The notes: generated from the sequence alone by a model not told the origin. DNA of 64,000 nucleotides from an uncultured delta proteobacterium (GCA_963804165.1 CAWDPO010000037.1:64001-128000); one strand, 5' to 3'. Shown: positions 50,901 through 60,370, numbered from the stretch's first letter. Translations and numbers: made by a program.

Positions 50901-51843
50901 GAGCCACCCGAAAGCACCATATCTCCGGTCGCCTGGAGGTCGATGCCAACGGGAGCGCCATCTACATCTCCGATAGTGTTCGAGGAAATAAAGGATGCAT
51001 CGATGTGCAAGCTCCCTCCGCGAATGACCACGGTGCCGCCACCGATGCCGCTCACATCATTGGCGTCAATGGAAGAAAACCCCGAGATATTAATCTGGCC
51101 TAACGTCGCAGTAGGGTCCGGCCGTAGATCCGGAGCCCCTTCTGGTGTGACCAAGGCCACTTCGCCCGAGGTCAGGCTTGCGATCTGGACCCGGCCGCTG
51201 GGGCTGAGAGCGTCGCACCGGTAATCTGTACGTCTCCCCCCACCAGCGAAAGCGTTTGTCCTTCGGGAACCTGGAGAATGCTTCCATCTACTGTTATCGG
51301 AGCCCTAGGGCCTAAAAAACCAAAGGCTGCCGGTGGGGCGCTCGTCAAAAGGGCGTCCGTTGGCCCCGGAGCGGCGTTAAAACGCACGCCGTCGCTCAGG
51401 CGGATATAATCGGCCGTGCTTACGTGGAAAGAGCCGCCCACGTTGAGAGAGGCTCCCTGCCCGAAGATCCAGCCCGCGGGATTGAGCAAATACAGATTCG
51501 CTAAGCCAAAATTCGTTGTCTGGATGGTGCCAAAAATATTCGATGGATTGCCGCCAGTGACGCGACCCAAAATGTTAGAGGTGGCGAGTCCGGTATCGTT
51601 GAGAAAATTGGCGGTGTCACCTGTCCCGACATTGAAGAGGCCAAAACTGTGGAACAGGTTCGATCCGCGCCTCGTTCCTCCCGTGATGTCCCGGATTGAT
51701 CCGTTTGGCGTGATCGTTGTACCGAGTCCGCTGGAAGTAATGTTGGTCGGAACCTGGGCCTGGCCAATGGCAGGCCTAAAGAGGAAGCCAGCCATCAACA
51801 AGACCCAGGTCAGGAGTGTCACATAACGACGTGAGACAAACAT
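47978..51843 (-). CDS. TpsA filamentous-haemagglutinin-like exoprotein, frameshifted at the G-run 51200-51203
   Basis: TPS domain (NLFHSF, LLNPAGWIFG) in ORF 51172..51843; one extra C restores SAPSGRVQIASLTSGEV into ORF 47978..51160; beta-helix repeats; C-terminal C...GGRGGLP. Confidence 0.88.
48830..49861 (-). repeat. Four tandem 258-nt (86-aa) coding repeats in TpsA
   Basis: GL(F/L)STA motif starts at 49861, 49603, 49345, 49087 and 48829. Confidence 0.85.
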
Positions 51844-51877
51844 TCTCCGTTGTTGCTGTGCTGTTTGGGCGAAACTC

Positions 51878-53125
51878 CTAGTGAGTAACGGTGACTGGGA
51901 TACCGACGGTAACTTCTCGTTGCACTCCGAGGATGTTCGCCTGACACTTTAGTATCAGTTCCTCATCGCCGATTTCTGGGAGCACGTCCGCATTATCAAA
52001 ATGCATCCGGAGATCCAGTATCGAATCGTTATTGAAAAAGCCGAACGTCGAATGAACCGCGTCTCCTCCGACTGTGCTATCGCCGGCAAAGAGTGTACAG
52101 ACAGGTTCCCCAGCAGGTGTCGGGGGAACAACTAGAATGTCCTCGACATCAAAGTGCTCTGCTCCATTGAGGTCCACCAAGATTGTCCCTTGGTCGCCCG
52201 CCTTTACAACTGAATTATTGACTGTAGCAGTCGCCTCTTTCGGAATGAACAAGCTGCCCAGCAATTGGTTACACTCGGCAAAGTCCGCGGCGTTCGGCTT
52301 TCTTTCCGGGACTTCGCAGATTGAAGAGAAGTGAGTTCCGACATGGTTGTTGATCCCACCGGCCGGAAGACCCAGGGTGAGAAATTTCTGAAGCTGGGCG
52401 CCGGGAGCGCAGTTGGTGCACGTCGGGATCCGCTGAAATATTTGCTTCGGGTTCTGAGGGTTATAGGAAGTTGACGTCTGCCCACTATTTCCGAGCGTGT
52501 ATTTCAAGGACGTTGTTCCGGACACCAGCGGGTCGTCACAGTTGCTAGGATTCGACCCGTTGACGAGGTTGGTGATTGTGCCCCCGCTGTTCGTCGTGAA
52601 GACCACTCTCATGGTTTGCTCAAAGAAAGACCTGGGATTGTTGGAGGTGCTTGCAGTCCCCGAAAACCAACCATCGCCGCTATGGCCCGCGCATATTGTA
52701 GTACGAGCCGGGTCGGTAGCCGCGTTGGTTTGAAAGGTTTCTATTAGGATTCGCGCGTAAACGCTGCCGGTATTTTTGACAACGAACTTTCCGGAACCGC
52801 CAGGACCCCTGAGCTTGAGTTGGCCAGGATTGGTCGCGTCCGAAATAAACGCTGCTTCGCCAGTAATTGTAAAGCAGCGACCGCTCGATGACGAACCATT
52901 CGTTGCACACCCAGCGCCATCGCCGTAGCCCCTCGATCCGGAAAGGCTGTTAGCATTGCGAGTCAGGTTTAGAGGAAGCGTCCCTGATGGTGGAAACGTA
53001 AAGGTCTGGATGGTGCTGCCATTAGCGTCTTGTACCTTGATGTTGGCAACCACAGCATTCGCCGCACTTGGCAACCCTGCCATGACTAGCAAATACAACA
53101 AAAATGACATAGCAACTCTTCGCAT
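51878..53125 (-). CDS. Exported Cys-rich hypothetical protein, first gene of the Tps operon
   Basis: AGGAGG RBS, signal peptide ending ANA, about ten Cys, C-terminal FNNDSILDLRMHF. Confidence 0.8.
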   Translation of the reverse strand: MRRVAMSFLLYLLVMAGLPSAANAVVANIKVQDANGSTIQTFTFPPSGTLPLNLTRNANSLSGSRGYGDGAGCATNGSSSSGRCFTITGEAAFISDATNPGQLKLRGPGGSGKFVVKNTGSVYARILIETFQTNAATDPARTTICAGHSGDGWFSGTASTSNNPRSFFEQTMRVVFTTNSGGTITNLVNGSNPSNCDDPLVSGTTSLKYTLGNSGQTSTSYNPQNPKQIFQRIPTCTNCAPGAQLQKFLTLGLPAGGINNHVGTHFSSICEVPERKPNAADFAECNQLLGSLFIPKEATATVNNSVVKAGDQGTILVDLNGAEHFDVEDILVVPPTPAGEPVCTLFAGDSTVGGDAVHSTFGFFNNDSILDLRMHFDNADVLPEIGDEELILKCQANILGVQREVTVGIPVTVTH

Positions 53126-53240
53126 ATAGCCTCCTAGTGTAGATTTCTGGTTACTGCTTCCAGTCTGTAAAGCAGATCGTCCATGTGACTTCGAATACGG
53201 GAGCGCACGTCAGGGGAAAAAAGACTCCCGAACGTGCACT

Positions 53241-53270
53241 GCTATACTCACAATCTGCCAAGTGTGTCAA
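53241..53270 (-). promoter_or_regulatory. Possible sigma70 promoter for the Tps operon
   Basis: TTGACA-N18-TATAGC. Confidence 0.4.
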
Positions 53271-53383
53271 GACTCCTTCTAGCATCATTTTTTACCTTCA
53301 AATTGCACCCTGTAAATTATCGGAGGTTGCATAATCGAGTAATCCTTAAACAAATAGGGATAAATTGTGCAATCGATGGCACC

Positions 53384-53398
53384 GCAACATCGATGCCA
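53384..53398 (-). promoter_or_regulatory. sigma54 promoter pointing at the Tps operon
   Basis: Minus strand TGGCAT-CGATG-TTGC. Confidence 0.5.
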
Positions 53399-53719
53399 GA
53401 GGACGATTCGCGCTGGATTTTCGCAAGCGACGCGAAATCAAAAGCGATCTTCCGTAAATCGCGTTGGGCACAATGAAAATAAGTGCTTCCCTGGTTTACA
53501 GAATGTAAACCTGCGTTGCCGACGAGGGACTCGCGAATACAGATGCCTCAATTTCTGTCAGGATAAGAAGCAAGTGCAAAGTGATCGGGCAGAACGTTGC
53601 TGTTATGACACTCCCGTGTGTCAAAAAAGATACTTCGAAGATACTTCGATCAAACCAAAACTTGATTCAGTCGATCTCCCGATGCGCATCACGTGAACAG
53701 AGAAAACGCTGCGCGACTT

Positions 53720-56389
53720 CTAACCCATCAATCCTAGATATCTCCAATAGGGAATCGCTGCGACCAATGCGATCAGGTACGCGACTGCGTAGAAGATGTT
53801 GATCCGGCACATCAGTGGGTAGGAAAATCCTTTACCGTCGGTGGTCGAGTAGGCAAGCATATGCCAGTCGACTTGATAAGGAAAAAACCAGACCTCGGAG
53901 GCGATTAAAACGATCATGGCGATGATCCACGGGCTCATGCCGACGTCGATCGACAACGGCAGCAACGCAACGCACAGCGTCACCACGGCTAGGAAGCTCG
54001 TAAAAACGAGCTTGAGCGCGTAGGTCAACAGGGCGATCACCACAAAGAACCAACCTGGGCTGTCCATGAATGGAAGAATCATCGGCGAGATCACGTCGAC
54101 CAGCCATTGATCGATCTTTGCCTGTTTCAAAAGCGTCGGAATGCTCAAGGTCACGCCCATGTGGATCAACAACTCCCAGTCGATGCCCTTGCGCAACATG
54201 TTCCAATCGACGATGCCGGTGTTGACCAGCGTGGCGAAGGCGATGATCGCGATCCAGGCGCCGTCGATGCCATGGTACGGCGCGGTGAGCCAACCTCCTA
54301 CGGTGAAAAGCAGCACGCCCAGACTGATCCACTCTTTATGCGATAACTTTCCAAGAACACTGAGCTGAGTTTGCACCATCGTGTAAGAAATCTTGGGTTG
54401 AGTTTCGGGCCGGTAGAGAACGACTGCGCAGAGCAGAATAACGACGATGACCGCGAGGGTGGGCGGCAAGGCCGCGAGGAACCAATAGCCCCAGGTGAAC
54501 TGCGCGCGCACGTCGTCGGGCAACAAGCCCCAGGCGATCAAGCTGGTCGTCGATCCGGTCAAGAAGAGAAACCCCAGTTGACCCAGGCCGAGGAAGCTGG
54601 CGACGAATAGGCCGGTCGACGCTTTCGATGGAGTTTTGTAGCCCAAGCTTTCGGAGAGATTGACCAGCATCTGGCTGGTAATCACGGTGCGCGCGGTCTG
54701 CTGCGGAATCAACGCCATCACGACGACACCCATGAACCCGGTAGCGATGATTTGCCAATAGTAACTCAACGGAAACATGCGGACGAGATGAAGCGAGAGG
54801 CGGTAAAATAATCCGGAGCCGGTGATCGCAGCGCCCAATCCCAAAACCCCGAGCGTCATGAACCAAGTGGTGCTGGCGAAGCCGCCCATGACCGTCTGCG
54901 GCGATTCCAACTTGGTAAGAATGATGACCATGGCGAATGCCAGCGCGACACCGTAGTCGGGCAGCACCCGGAAGACCCAAAAGATCAGCGTGCAAGAAAT
55001 TAAACCAAATAATTTGGTTGCGCTGCTGTCCATGCCGATATCCGGTTGGCCAAACCAAAGATAACCGCCAACGGCCAAACCGAGCACGGCGCCGAGCCAC
55101 TTACTGAAAGACGAAGAGCGGAGAACAGAGCTCAATTTAGATGCGAGGCGATCTCGCCGAAACGTCGTTCCACTCTCGGGAATCGGTAGTGCAGAGAAGC
55201 CGGGGCGACTTTTTTCTTGCGGGTTTTCTCGGAAACTATCCGAGACGGCGGCTTCTTGGCCGATCAAGTTGAGCGCGCTGCGCAGGTGGTTGATCGCCTG
55301 TCCGTAATCTTTTCGTTGCGCCAGGGTCTCCGCCATGCGGCGGTAGTTGGCAATGGCGTCAGCCGCGACCGCGCCCGGCGCCTTCTGGACCAACACCTCA
55401 CGATAGGCCCGATACGCGCCGAGCAGGTCGCCCAGCTGAATCAAGGCATTTCCCCGAAGGGTGACCAGCCGCGGATCGGCCAAAAATTGCTCCGGAGGAA
55501 AACTCTCCAGAGAATTTTTGACGAACAGCGGTGACTCGGCGAGCAGGTGCTCATTTTCGGCGGTGAGGAGCCGGGTGACGGTTGGCCAATCTTGGATCTG
55601 TAACGCGTGATAGATCGCCTCACGCAGCTCACCAAGGGCTTCATAGCGTTCGGCAAACTCAGCATGCAGGCGCTGCTTGGTCTCCGCGCCGTCGAGCGTG
55701 AGCAACTTTTCGTGCAAAAAGTCTTTAAAAAAACCGTGCAGCTCGTAGTTGCCATTTTCCAAGCGACGAATCAGCGGCGATTGGCTGTAGCCGAACTCGG
55801 TCACGAGTTTGGTCAGCGCGTGGTTTTTCACCAGCGCCGTTAAGGTATTTTTATCAAGTGCACCGAGCAGCGATACCTGACGAAAAAATGACTGCTCGTC
55901 CGGCGATAGCGATGCGTAGAACTCTTCTGCAAGCGAATTGAAAGCTTCGCGCCCGGTCGAATACTGCCGATCGACATGGGAAAGCCGTTTGCTGAGCGTG
56001 GTGCAAAACTGCAGCAACCAAGTCGGATGCTTTTCGATCAATTCATCCCAATCCTCGCGCCGGAGCCGCCAAAGAACGGTATCCTTGACCGTGTCTATCG
56101 TTGCCGAGCGGGGTTCGCCCGAAAGCAAAGCCATTTCGCCGAACCAATCCCGTGGTCCAAGAATGGCGACGATCTCCGATTTTCCCGCGCCACTTTCCAA
56201 CACGACTTGCACGGCGCCGGATTGAATCAAGTAGAAAGCGTCGCCTTGCTCGCCTTGTGAAAATATCGTCGCTCCGGCGCCGAACGATGTCTCTTCCATT
56301 TTGCCGAGGATTTTGGCGACATCTTCGCGCGAAAGCCCGGAGAAGATCGGGATGCTGCGAATGGTATCGGCGAGGGCGAGGTGTTCCAT
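53720..56389 (-). CDS. Fusion: cyclic-nucleotide-binding domain, MalT-like helical/TPR linker and SLC13/DASS-family permease
   Basis: IFSQGEQGDAFYLIQSG, FGEMALL.GEPRSAT; YELHGFFKDFL, EAIYHAL; multi-TM C-terminal half with GGFASTTW, FLTGS, FFPYQ, PYW. Confidence 0.85.
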   Translation of the reverse strand: MEHLALADTIRSIPIFSGLSREDVAKILGKMEETSFGAGATIFSQGEQGDAFYLIQSGAVQVVLESGAGKSEIVAILGPRDWFGEMALLSGEPRSATIDTVKDTVLWRLRREDWDELIEKHPTWLLQFCTTLSKRLSHVDRQYSTGREAFNSLAEEFYASLSPDEQSFFRQVSLLGALDKNTLTALVKNHALTKLVTEFGYSQSPLIRRLENGNYELHGFFKDFLHEKLLTLDGAETKQRLHAEFAERYEALGELREAIYHALQIQDWPTVTRLLTAENEHLLAESPLFVKNSLESFPPEQFLADPRLVTLRGNALIQLGDLLGAYRAYREVLVQKAPGAVAADAIANYRRMAETLAQRKDYGQAINHLRSALNLIGQEAAVSDSFRENPQEKSRPGFSALPIPESGTTFRRDRLASKLSSVLRSSSFSKWLGAVLGLAVGGYLWFGQPDIGMDSSATKLFGLISCTLIFWVFRVLPDYGVALAFAMVIILTKLESPQTVMGGFASTTWFMTLGVLGLGAAITGSGLFYRLSLHLVRMFPLSYYWQIIATGFMGVVVMALIPQQTARTVITSQMLVNLSESLGYKTPSKASTGLFVASFLGLGQLGFLFLTGSTTSLIAWGLLPDDVRAQFTWGYWFLAALPPTLAVIVVILLCAVVLYRPETQPKISYTMVQTQLSVLGKLSHKEWISLGVLLFTVGGWLTAPYHGIDGAWIAIIAFATLVNTGIVDWNMLRKGIDWELLIHMGVTLSIPTLLKQAKIDQWLVDVISPMILPFMDSPGWFFVVIALLTYALKLVFTSFLAVVTLCVALLPLSIDVGMSPWIIAMIVLIASEVWFFPYQVDWHMLAYSTTDGKGFSYPLMCRINIFYAVAYLIALVAAIPYWRYLGLMG

Positions 56390-56401
56390 CGTGCTGCGAC
56401 G

Positions 56402-57433
56402 CTATCGAATGACTTTGTCCGCCTTTTTCAACATCGCCTGGGAGAAATGGAAGCCGATGAAGTTAGCGGTTCGGTAATTGAGCGTGAGATCGAACTTGGA
56501 CGCCCGCTCGATCGGTAGGGATGGCGGCTTCTCGCCTTTGATGATCTTATCGATGAGGCTGGCGCCCTGACGGCCCATTTCGAGATAGCTCGGCCCGTAG
56601 GCGGCTAGGGCGCCGCGAATCGCCCATGCTTCCTCATTGAACATTGTCGGCAGTTTCCTTTCGCGCGCCGTGGCGAAAATAAAATCCGGCTCGCTTTCGA
56701 ACAGGTCGTCGGCGACCTGAAAAAGCGCCGCGCCGGGTTCGGCACGCAAGCTGGAAAGCGTCGTTTTCAATTCATCGGCTGACTTGATCCCGTAACCGAC
56801 AATCTGCAAGCCGGACTTTTTTGCCGCAGCTTCGGCGGCGGCAAAATTACTCCGTGAAAAGTTATTATTGGCGTCATAGAAGACCAGAATCTTTTGTAGC
56901 TCGGGGAAGATTTCTTTAAAAAGCACGACACGCTGTCCGGTCAGCGCCGAGGCATAGGCCGCCACCCCGGTCAGATTTTTCTCGCGCTCCCCGGTGCTTT
57001 TGACTAAACCGGCAGCGACCGGGTCGCCGGGAAGGATAAATACGATGGGAATTTCCCGGGTGGCCGCCATCGCCGCGCGCGTCGCGCTGGTCCCGGTGGT
57101 AAAAATGACGCTGACGTTGCGTGCCAAGAGCTCGCCGGCTGCCGGCTGCAGCGCGGCGCGGTTGCCTTTGACGTTGCGCGTTTCAAAAAAAAAGCTCTTC
57201 CGCTCCTGATAACCGAGGCGTTTGAGTCCCTCGCCCAGGCCCTTAATGGCCTGGGACTGGGCACGTTCCATCTCCTGCACCAGTATCCCCACGCGGGTCG
57301 GCGATTGCGCCAGCGCGAAAAGCGGAGCGCCAAGGATAAGCATCAGCACTGTGGTGCAACTCAGGAACATGTTCGGTCGGCTATCGCCATCCGGTGCGAT
57401 CTTTTCGGTTTGCGGATAAATATTTCGCGTCAA
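56402..57433 (-). CDS. Orphan ABC-type substrate-binding protein (ABC_sub_bind type); the start may instead be ATG 57370
   Basis: IPIVF, DPVAAGLVKS, NLTGV, AAYGP, GEKP..LPIE..KFDL.LN. Confidence 0.85.
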   Translation of the reverse strand: MTRNIYPQTEKIAPDGDSRPNMFLSCTTVLMLILGAPLFALAQSPTRVGILVQEMERAQSQAIKGLGEGLKRLGYQERKSFFFETRNVKGNRAALQPAAGELLARNVSVIFTTGTSATRAAMAATREIPIVFILPGDPVAAGLVKSTGEREKNLTGVAAYASALTGQRVVLFKEIFPELQKILVFYDANNNFSRSNFAAAEAAAKKSGLQIVGYGIKSADELKTTLSSLRAEPGAALFQVADDLFESEPDFIFATARERKLPTMFNEEAWAIRGALAAYGPSYLEMGRQGASLIDKIIKGEKPPSLPIERASKFDLTLNYRTANFIGFHFSQAMLKKADKVIR

Positions 57434-57446
57434 TCGCAGCGCACAT

Positions 57447-58383
57447 TTAGAGAAGATTGATGACCATCCCTTCGTGGGCGACGACGGTCGAGCTAAAAAG
57501 TCGCTTTGGCCTGCTTCTGAATATTTTTCATCGTTTTGTCGTCGTGAGTCGGTTCGTGATGGAAGAGCGCGAGGCGTTTGACACCGGCCTTTTGCGCCAC
57601 ATCGACGGCCATGTCGATGGTGCTGTGACCCCAGCCCTTGCGCGGTTTGTCTCGCGAGGAGTATTCGTCCTGAAGATACTGGGCGTCATGGATCAATAAG
57701 TCCGCGCCGCGGGCAAACTCTATGACTTCGGGATAGCCGCCTTCTTGCTCTTCGATATCCGTGGCATAGACAAAACTCTTGTTCTTGTAGTGGACCCGAT
57801 ACAGCATGACGCCGTTTAGCGGGTGCGCGGCGCTTTTACAGGTCGTCACCGTCAGCTCCCCAGCTTCGACGCCGTCGGCGGCTCGAGGTCCCTCGATCTT
57901 AGGTCGTCTGCCTGCTGATCCGAAGCGAATCACCTCGTCGCCGGAGAGTGAGAAAATTTCTTTCTTTCCTTTGAGCTCATCGAGCGAAACGGGGAACAGA
58001 TGGCTGTTGGTCAAGTGGCGCAGGCTTCGAGTCAGCGCTCCGCGGCTAGCGCCGGGACCCAGAATAAAAGTCCGTCCCGCGGCCGTCAGCAGGGGCTCGA
58101 AAAAACAAAGTCCCAATACATGGTCGATATGGGTGTGGCTCAAAAAAACATACGCCGCGGGAGGTGACGCTGCGCCGTTGCAAAGTTCCTTTCCAAGCGG
58201 AATGATTCCCGTGCCGGCGTCGAAGATCAACCGTCGACCGTCGACCTCGACTTCGACGCAAGAAGTATTTCCGCCGACTCCGAGAGTCGAGGCGGCGACG
58301 GTGGGATAGCTTCCGCGCACGCCCCAAAATTTAAGACTGAAGCGACCCGCGGTGCTGGCAAGCGGCTGAGATCGGTTGTTCAT
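57447..58383 (-). CDS. MBL-fold metallo-hydrolase, putative phosphodiesterase; extra T near 57495 truncates the ORF
   Basis: WGVRGS, GGNTSC, HTHIDH, HDAQY, GHST, FHHEP; removing one T gives ...ATFSSTVVAHEGMVINLL ending at 57447. Confidence 0.85.
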
Positions 58384-58392
58384 CGAGATGGT

Positions 58393-59475
58393 TTACCTGG
58401 CGCCGGTCACATTGAATGCTAGAATTGGCCGGCTGATGCCCTTGAGATTAAGCTCTTGGATCGATTCCGCGGTGAAAGCATTTTCCAGCCGGCTCATGGT
58501 TTTTTGATCGGTCAGAATCTGTCCACCCTTTGCCTCGGCGCACAAGCGCGCCGCCAAGTTCGGCAAGTTGCCGACTGTACCGTAATCCATTCGGCCTTCA
58601 AAGCCCATGGTTCCCAGTGTCGCATAGCCGGCCGCAAATCCCACGCCCAGGTCCAAATTGTAGCCCTTCTTCAGCCACGACGTGCGCAGCTCTTTCACTC
58701 GGTCCTGCATCTCGACGGCCATGCGCGCCGCTTTGTGGACGTGCTCCTCGCATGGAATCGGGTCGTTGAAAATTACCACAATCCCGTCGCCCACGAAACG
58801 CTCCAACGTGCCTTCGTATTTGAAAACCAGCTTGCCCATTTCTTCATGGTAATGGCGCAGGAAGTCCATCACTTCTTCGGGCTCGGCGTTGTCGGAGAAA
58901 GCCGTAAAGCCGCGCAGATCGAGAAACACGATGGTAATCTCGCGCCGGTGGGTCTTGAACACGTCATCATCCTGACCCAGGATGGTCTCGGCGATTTGCG
59001 GCGAAAGGTAACGCTTGAGGCGGGCCATACGCTGGAGCTCGCCGACTTGCTTTTTCACCGTGTCCGCCAGCGTGCGGTTCCACTCTTCGAGCGTGTCGTG
59101 CATCTCTTTGAGCCGCATCATCGCGCGTACCCGCGCCAAAAGCTCGAAGGAATCGAACGGCTTGGTCACGTAATCGTCCGCGCCGGCGTCGAGGCCGGCG
59201 ACTTTGTCTTCCTGGGTCGCCTTGGCCGTGAGCAGGATCACTGGAATACCTTTGTGCTCTGGGCTGCCTCTCAGTTGCTTGACGACTTCGAGTCCGTTCA
59301 TCCGCGGCATCATGTAATCGAGCAATATCACATCCGGCTTAAAGCTCGCAGTTTTTTCCAGCGCCTCGACGCCGTCGGCGGCTCTTTCAATCCGATAGTC
59401 ATAGTCCATCAGTTCTTGCTCGAGCAGATCGAGATTGAACGGCTCGTCGTCGACGATGAGAATTTTATTGGCCAT
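58393..59475 (-). CDS. Response regulator receiver fused to a class III adenylate/guanylate cyclase
   Basis: VDDE...LLDYMMP receiver; FLDLRGFT, FVGDG, NLAARL. Confidence 0.92.
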   Translation of the reverse strand: MANKILIVDDEPFNLDLLEQELMDYDYRIERAADGVEALEKTASFKPDVILLDYMMPRMNGLEVVKQLRGSPEHKGIPVILLTAKATQEDKVAGLDAGADDYVTKPFDSFELLARVRAMMRLKEMHDTLEEWNRTLADTVKKQVGELQRMARLKRYLSPQIAETILGQDDDVFKTHRREITIVFLDLRGFTAFSDNAEPEEVMDFLRHYHEEMGKLVFKYEGTLERFVGDGIVVIFNDPIPCEEHVHKAARMAVEMQDRVKELRTSWLKKGYNLDLGVGFAAGYATLGTMGFEGRMDYGTVGNLPNLAARLCAEAKGGQILTDQKTMSRLENAFTAESIQELNLKGISRPILAFNVTGAR

Positions 59476-59479
59476 AAGC

Positions 59480-59845
59480 TTAACCAAGGTACTTTTTGAT
59501 CTTTTGGAGCAGCGCGTCTTCGTCAATCGGCTTTGGCAGGTAATCGTCGCAGCCTGCCTTGCGCGCGTCGATCTCGTCACCGACCATGGCATGGGAAGTC
59601 ACGGCGATGATGGGGATATGCTTGAGCGCATCGTTCGCTTTTAGCCGTCTCGTGGCTTCCCACCCGTCCATCACCGGCATGCCGAGGTCCATCAAAATCA
59701 GATCAGGTGCATCTTGCTCCGCCGCCTTGACGCCCTGTTCGCCGTCGACTGCTTCTAACACAGTGTATTCTTCTTCCAATAGCTGAACGAGCAAGTCCCG
59801 GTTCCAGTCAGTATCATCGACCACGAGGATTTTTTTTTTATCCAT
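59480..59845 (-). CDS. Single-domain response regulator (DivK-like)
   Basis: VVDD, LMDLGMP, AVTSHAM, GCDDYLPKP. Confidence 0.92.
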   Translation of the reverse strand: MDKKKILVVDDTDWNRDLLVQLLEEEYTVLEAVDGEQGVKAAEQDAPDLILMDLGMPVMDGWEATRRLKANDALKHIPIIAVTSHAMVGDEIDARKAGCDDYLPKPIDEDALLQKIKKYLG

Positions 59846-59861
59846 CAGGTTCACCCTATAA

Positions 59862-59894
59862 AATTTTGGATTTTGGATTTTCGATTTTCGATTG
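59862..59894. repeat. Left arm of the inverted heptamer array flanking the four-helix-bundle gene
   Basis: AATTTTGGATTTTGGATTTTCGATTTTCGATTG; 31/33 match to the reverse complement of 60334-60366. Confidence 0.85.
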
Positions 59895-59939
59895 CCAGAA
59901 GGTCGGATTAAATATTCAACCGTTGCAGTTGGAAAATCG

Positions 59940-60297
59940 TCATCTTCGTCCTCGAAGTGTTTTGATCGATGCGACGGTCATAGCAATGATCTCGTGAGAT
60001 TCCCTTTAGCAAATCGGTTCACTTGTGCTTCCGGAACAATCTCGGCCTCGACGAGCAATTCAAGCCAATAAATGGTTTCGTCTGCTTCTTCTTCGACGAT
60101 CGCGAGTTTTGCAAGGACGTCCGCCGGCGAATTTCCACGGCACGCCGACGCGATAATTGGCTCCGACCGAAGTGCCAGAACGAAGCAATTGCCTACCAAC
60201 GACATCGGCCGTTCGGGCTCGCGGGTAGTGATTCGACAATTCAATTACCGAAGCGCTAAGCTACTTGGTCCGCTCGCTTGAAAAGTTGTTCGTCCAT
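59940..60297 (-). pseudogene. Four-helix-bundle protein (23S rRNA intervening-sequence protein / Avd-like), multiply frameshifted
   Basis: Fragments across frames: MDEQLFK-RTK, VGRQLLRSGTSVGANYR, AKLAIVEEEADETIYWLELL, EIIAMTVASIKTLR. Confidence 0.8.
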
Positions 60298-60333
60298 TTT
60301 TTGTCGCGCTTTACTGGGTCTGAGGTCCCTGTT

Positions 60334-60366
60334 CAATCGAAAATCCAAAATCGAAAATCCAAAATT
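60334..60366. repeat. Right arm of the inverted heptamer array
   Basis: CAATCGAAAATCCAAAATCGAAAATCCAAAATT. Confidence 0.85.
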
Positions 60367-60370
60367 ACTT

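Noticed and set aside
47978-51843. CdiA contact-dependent inhibition toxin
   Set aside because: No VENN-like motif, toxin domain or downstream immunity gene; tpsB follows directly
53234-53802. Short ORFs in the AT-rich spacer before the Tps operon
   Set aside because: No RBS or recognisable content; the region is better explained as promoter/enhancer DNA
59862-60366. Diversity-generating retroelement (Avd-like protein) or CRISPR array
   Set aside because: No reverse transcriptase or TR/VR pair in the window; the repeats are contiguous 7-mers without spacers
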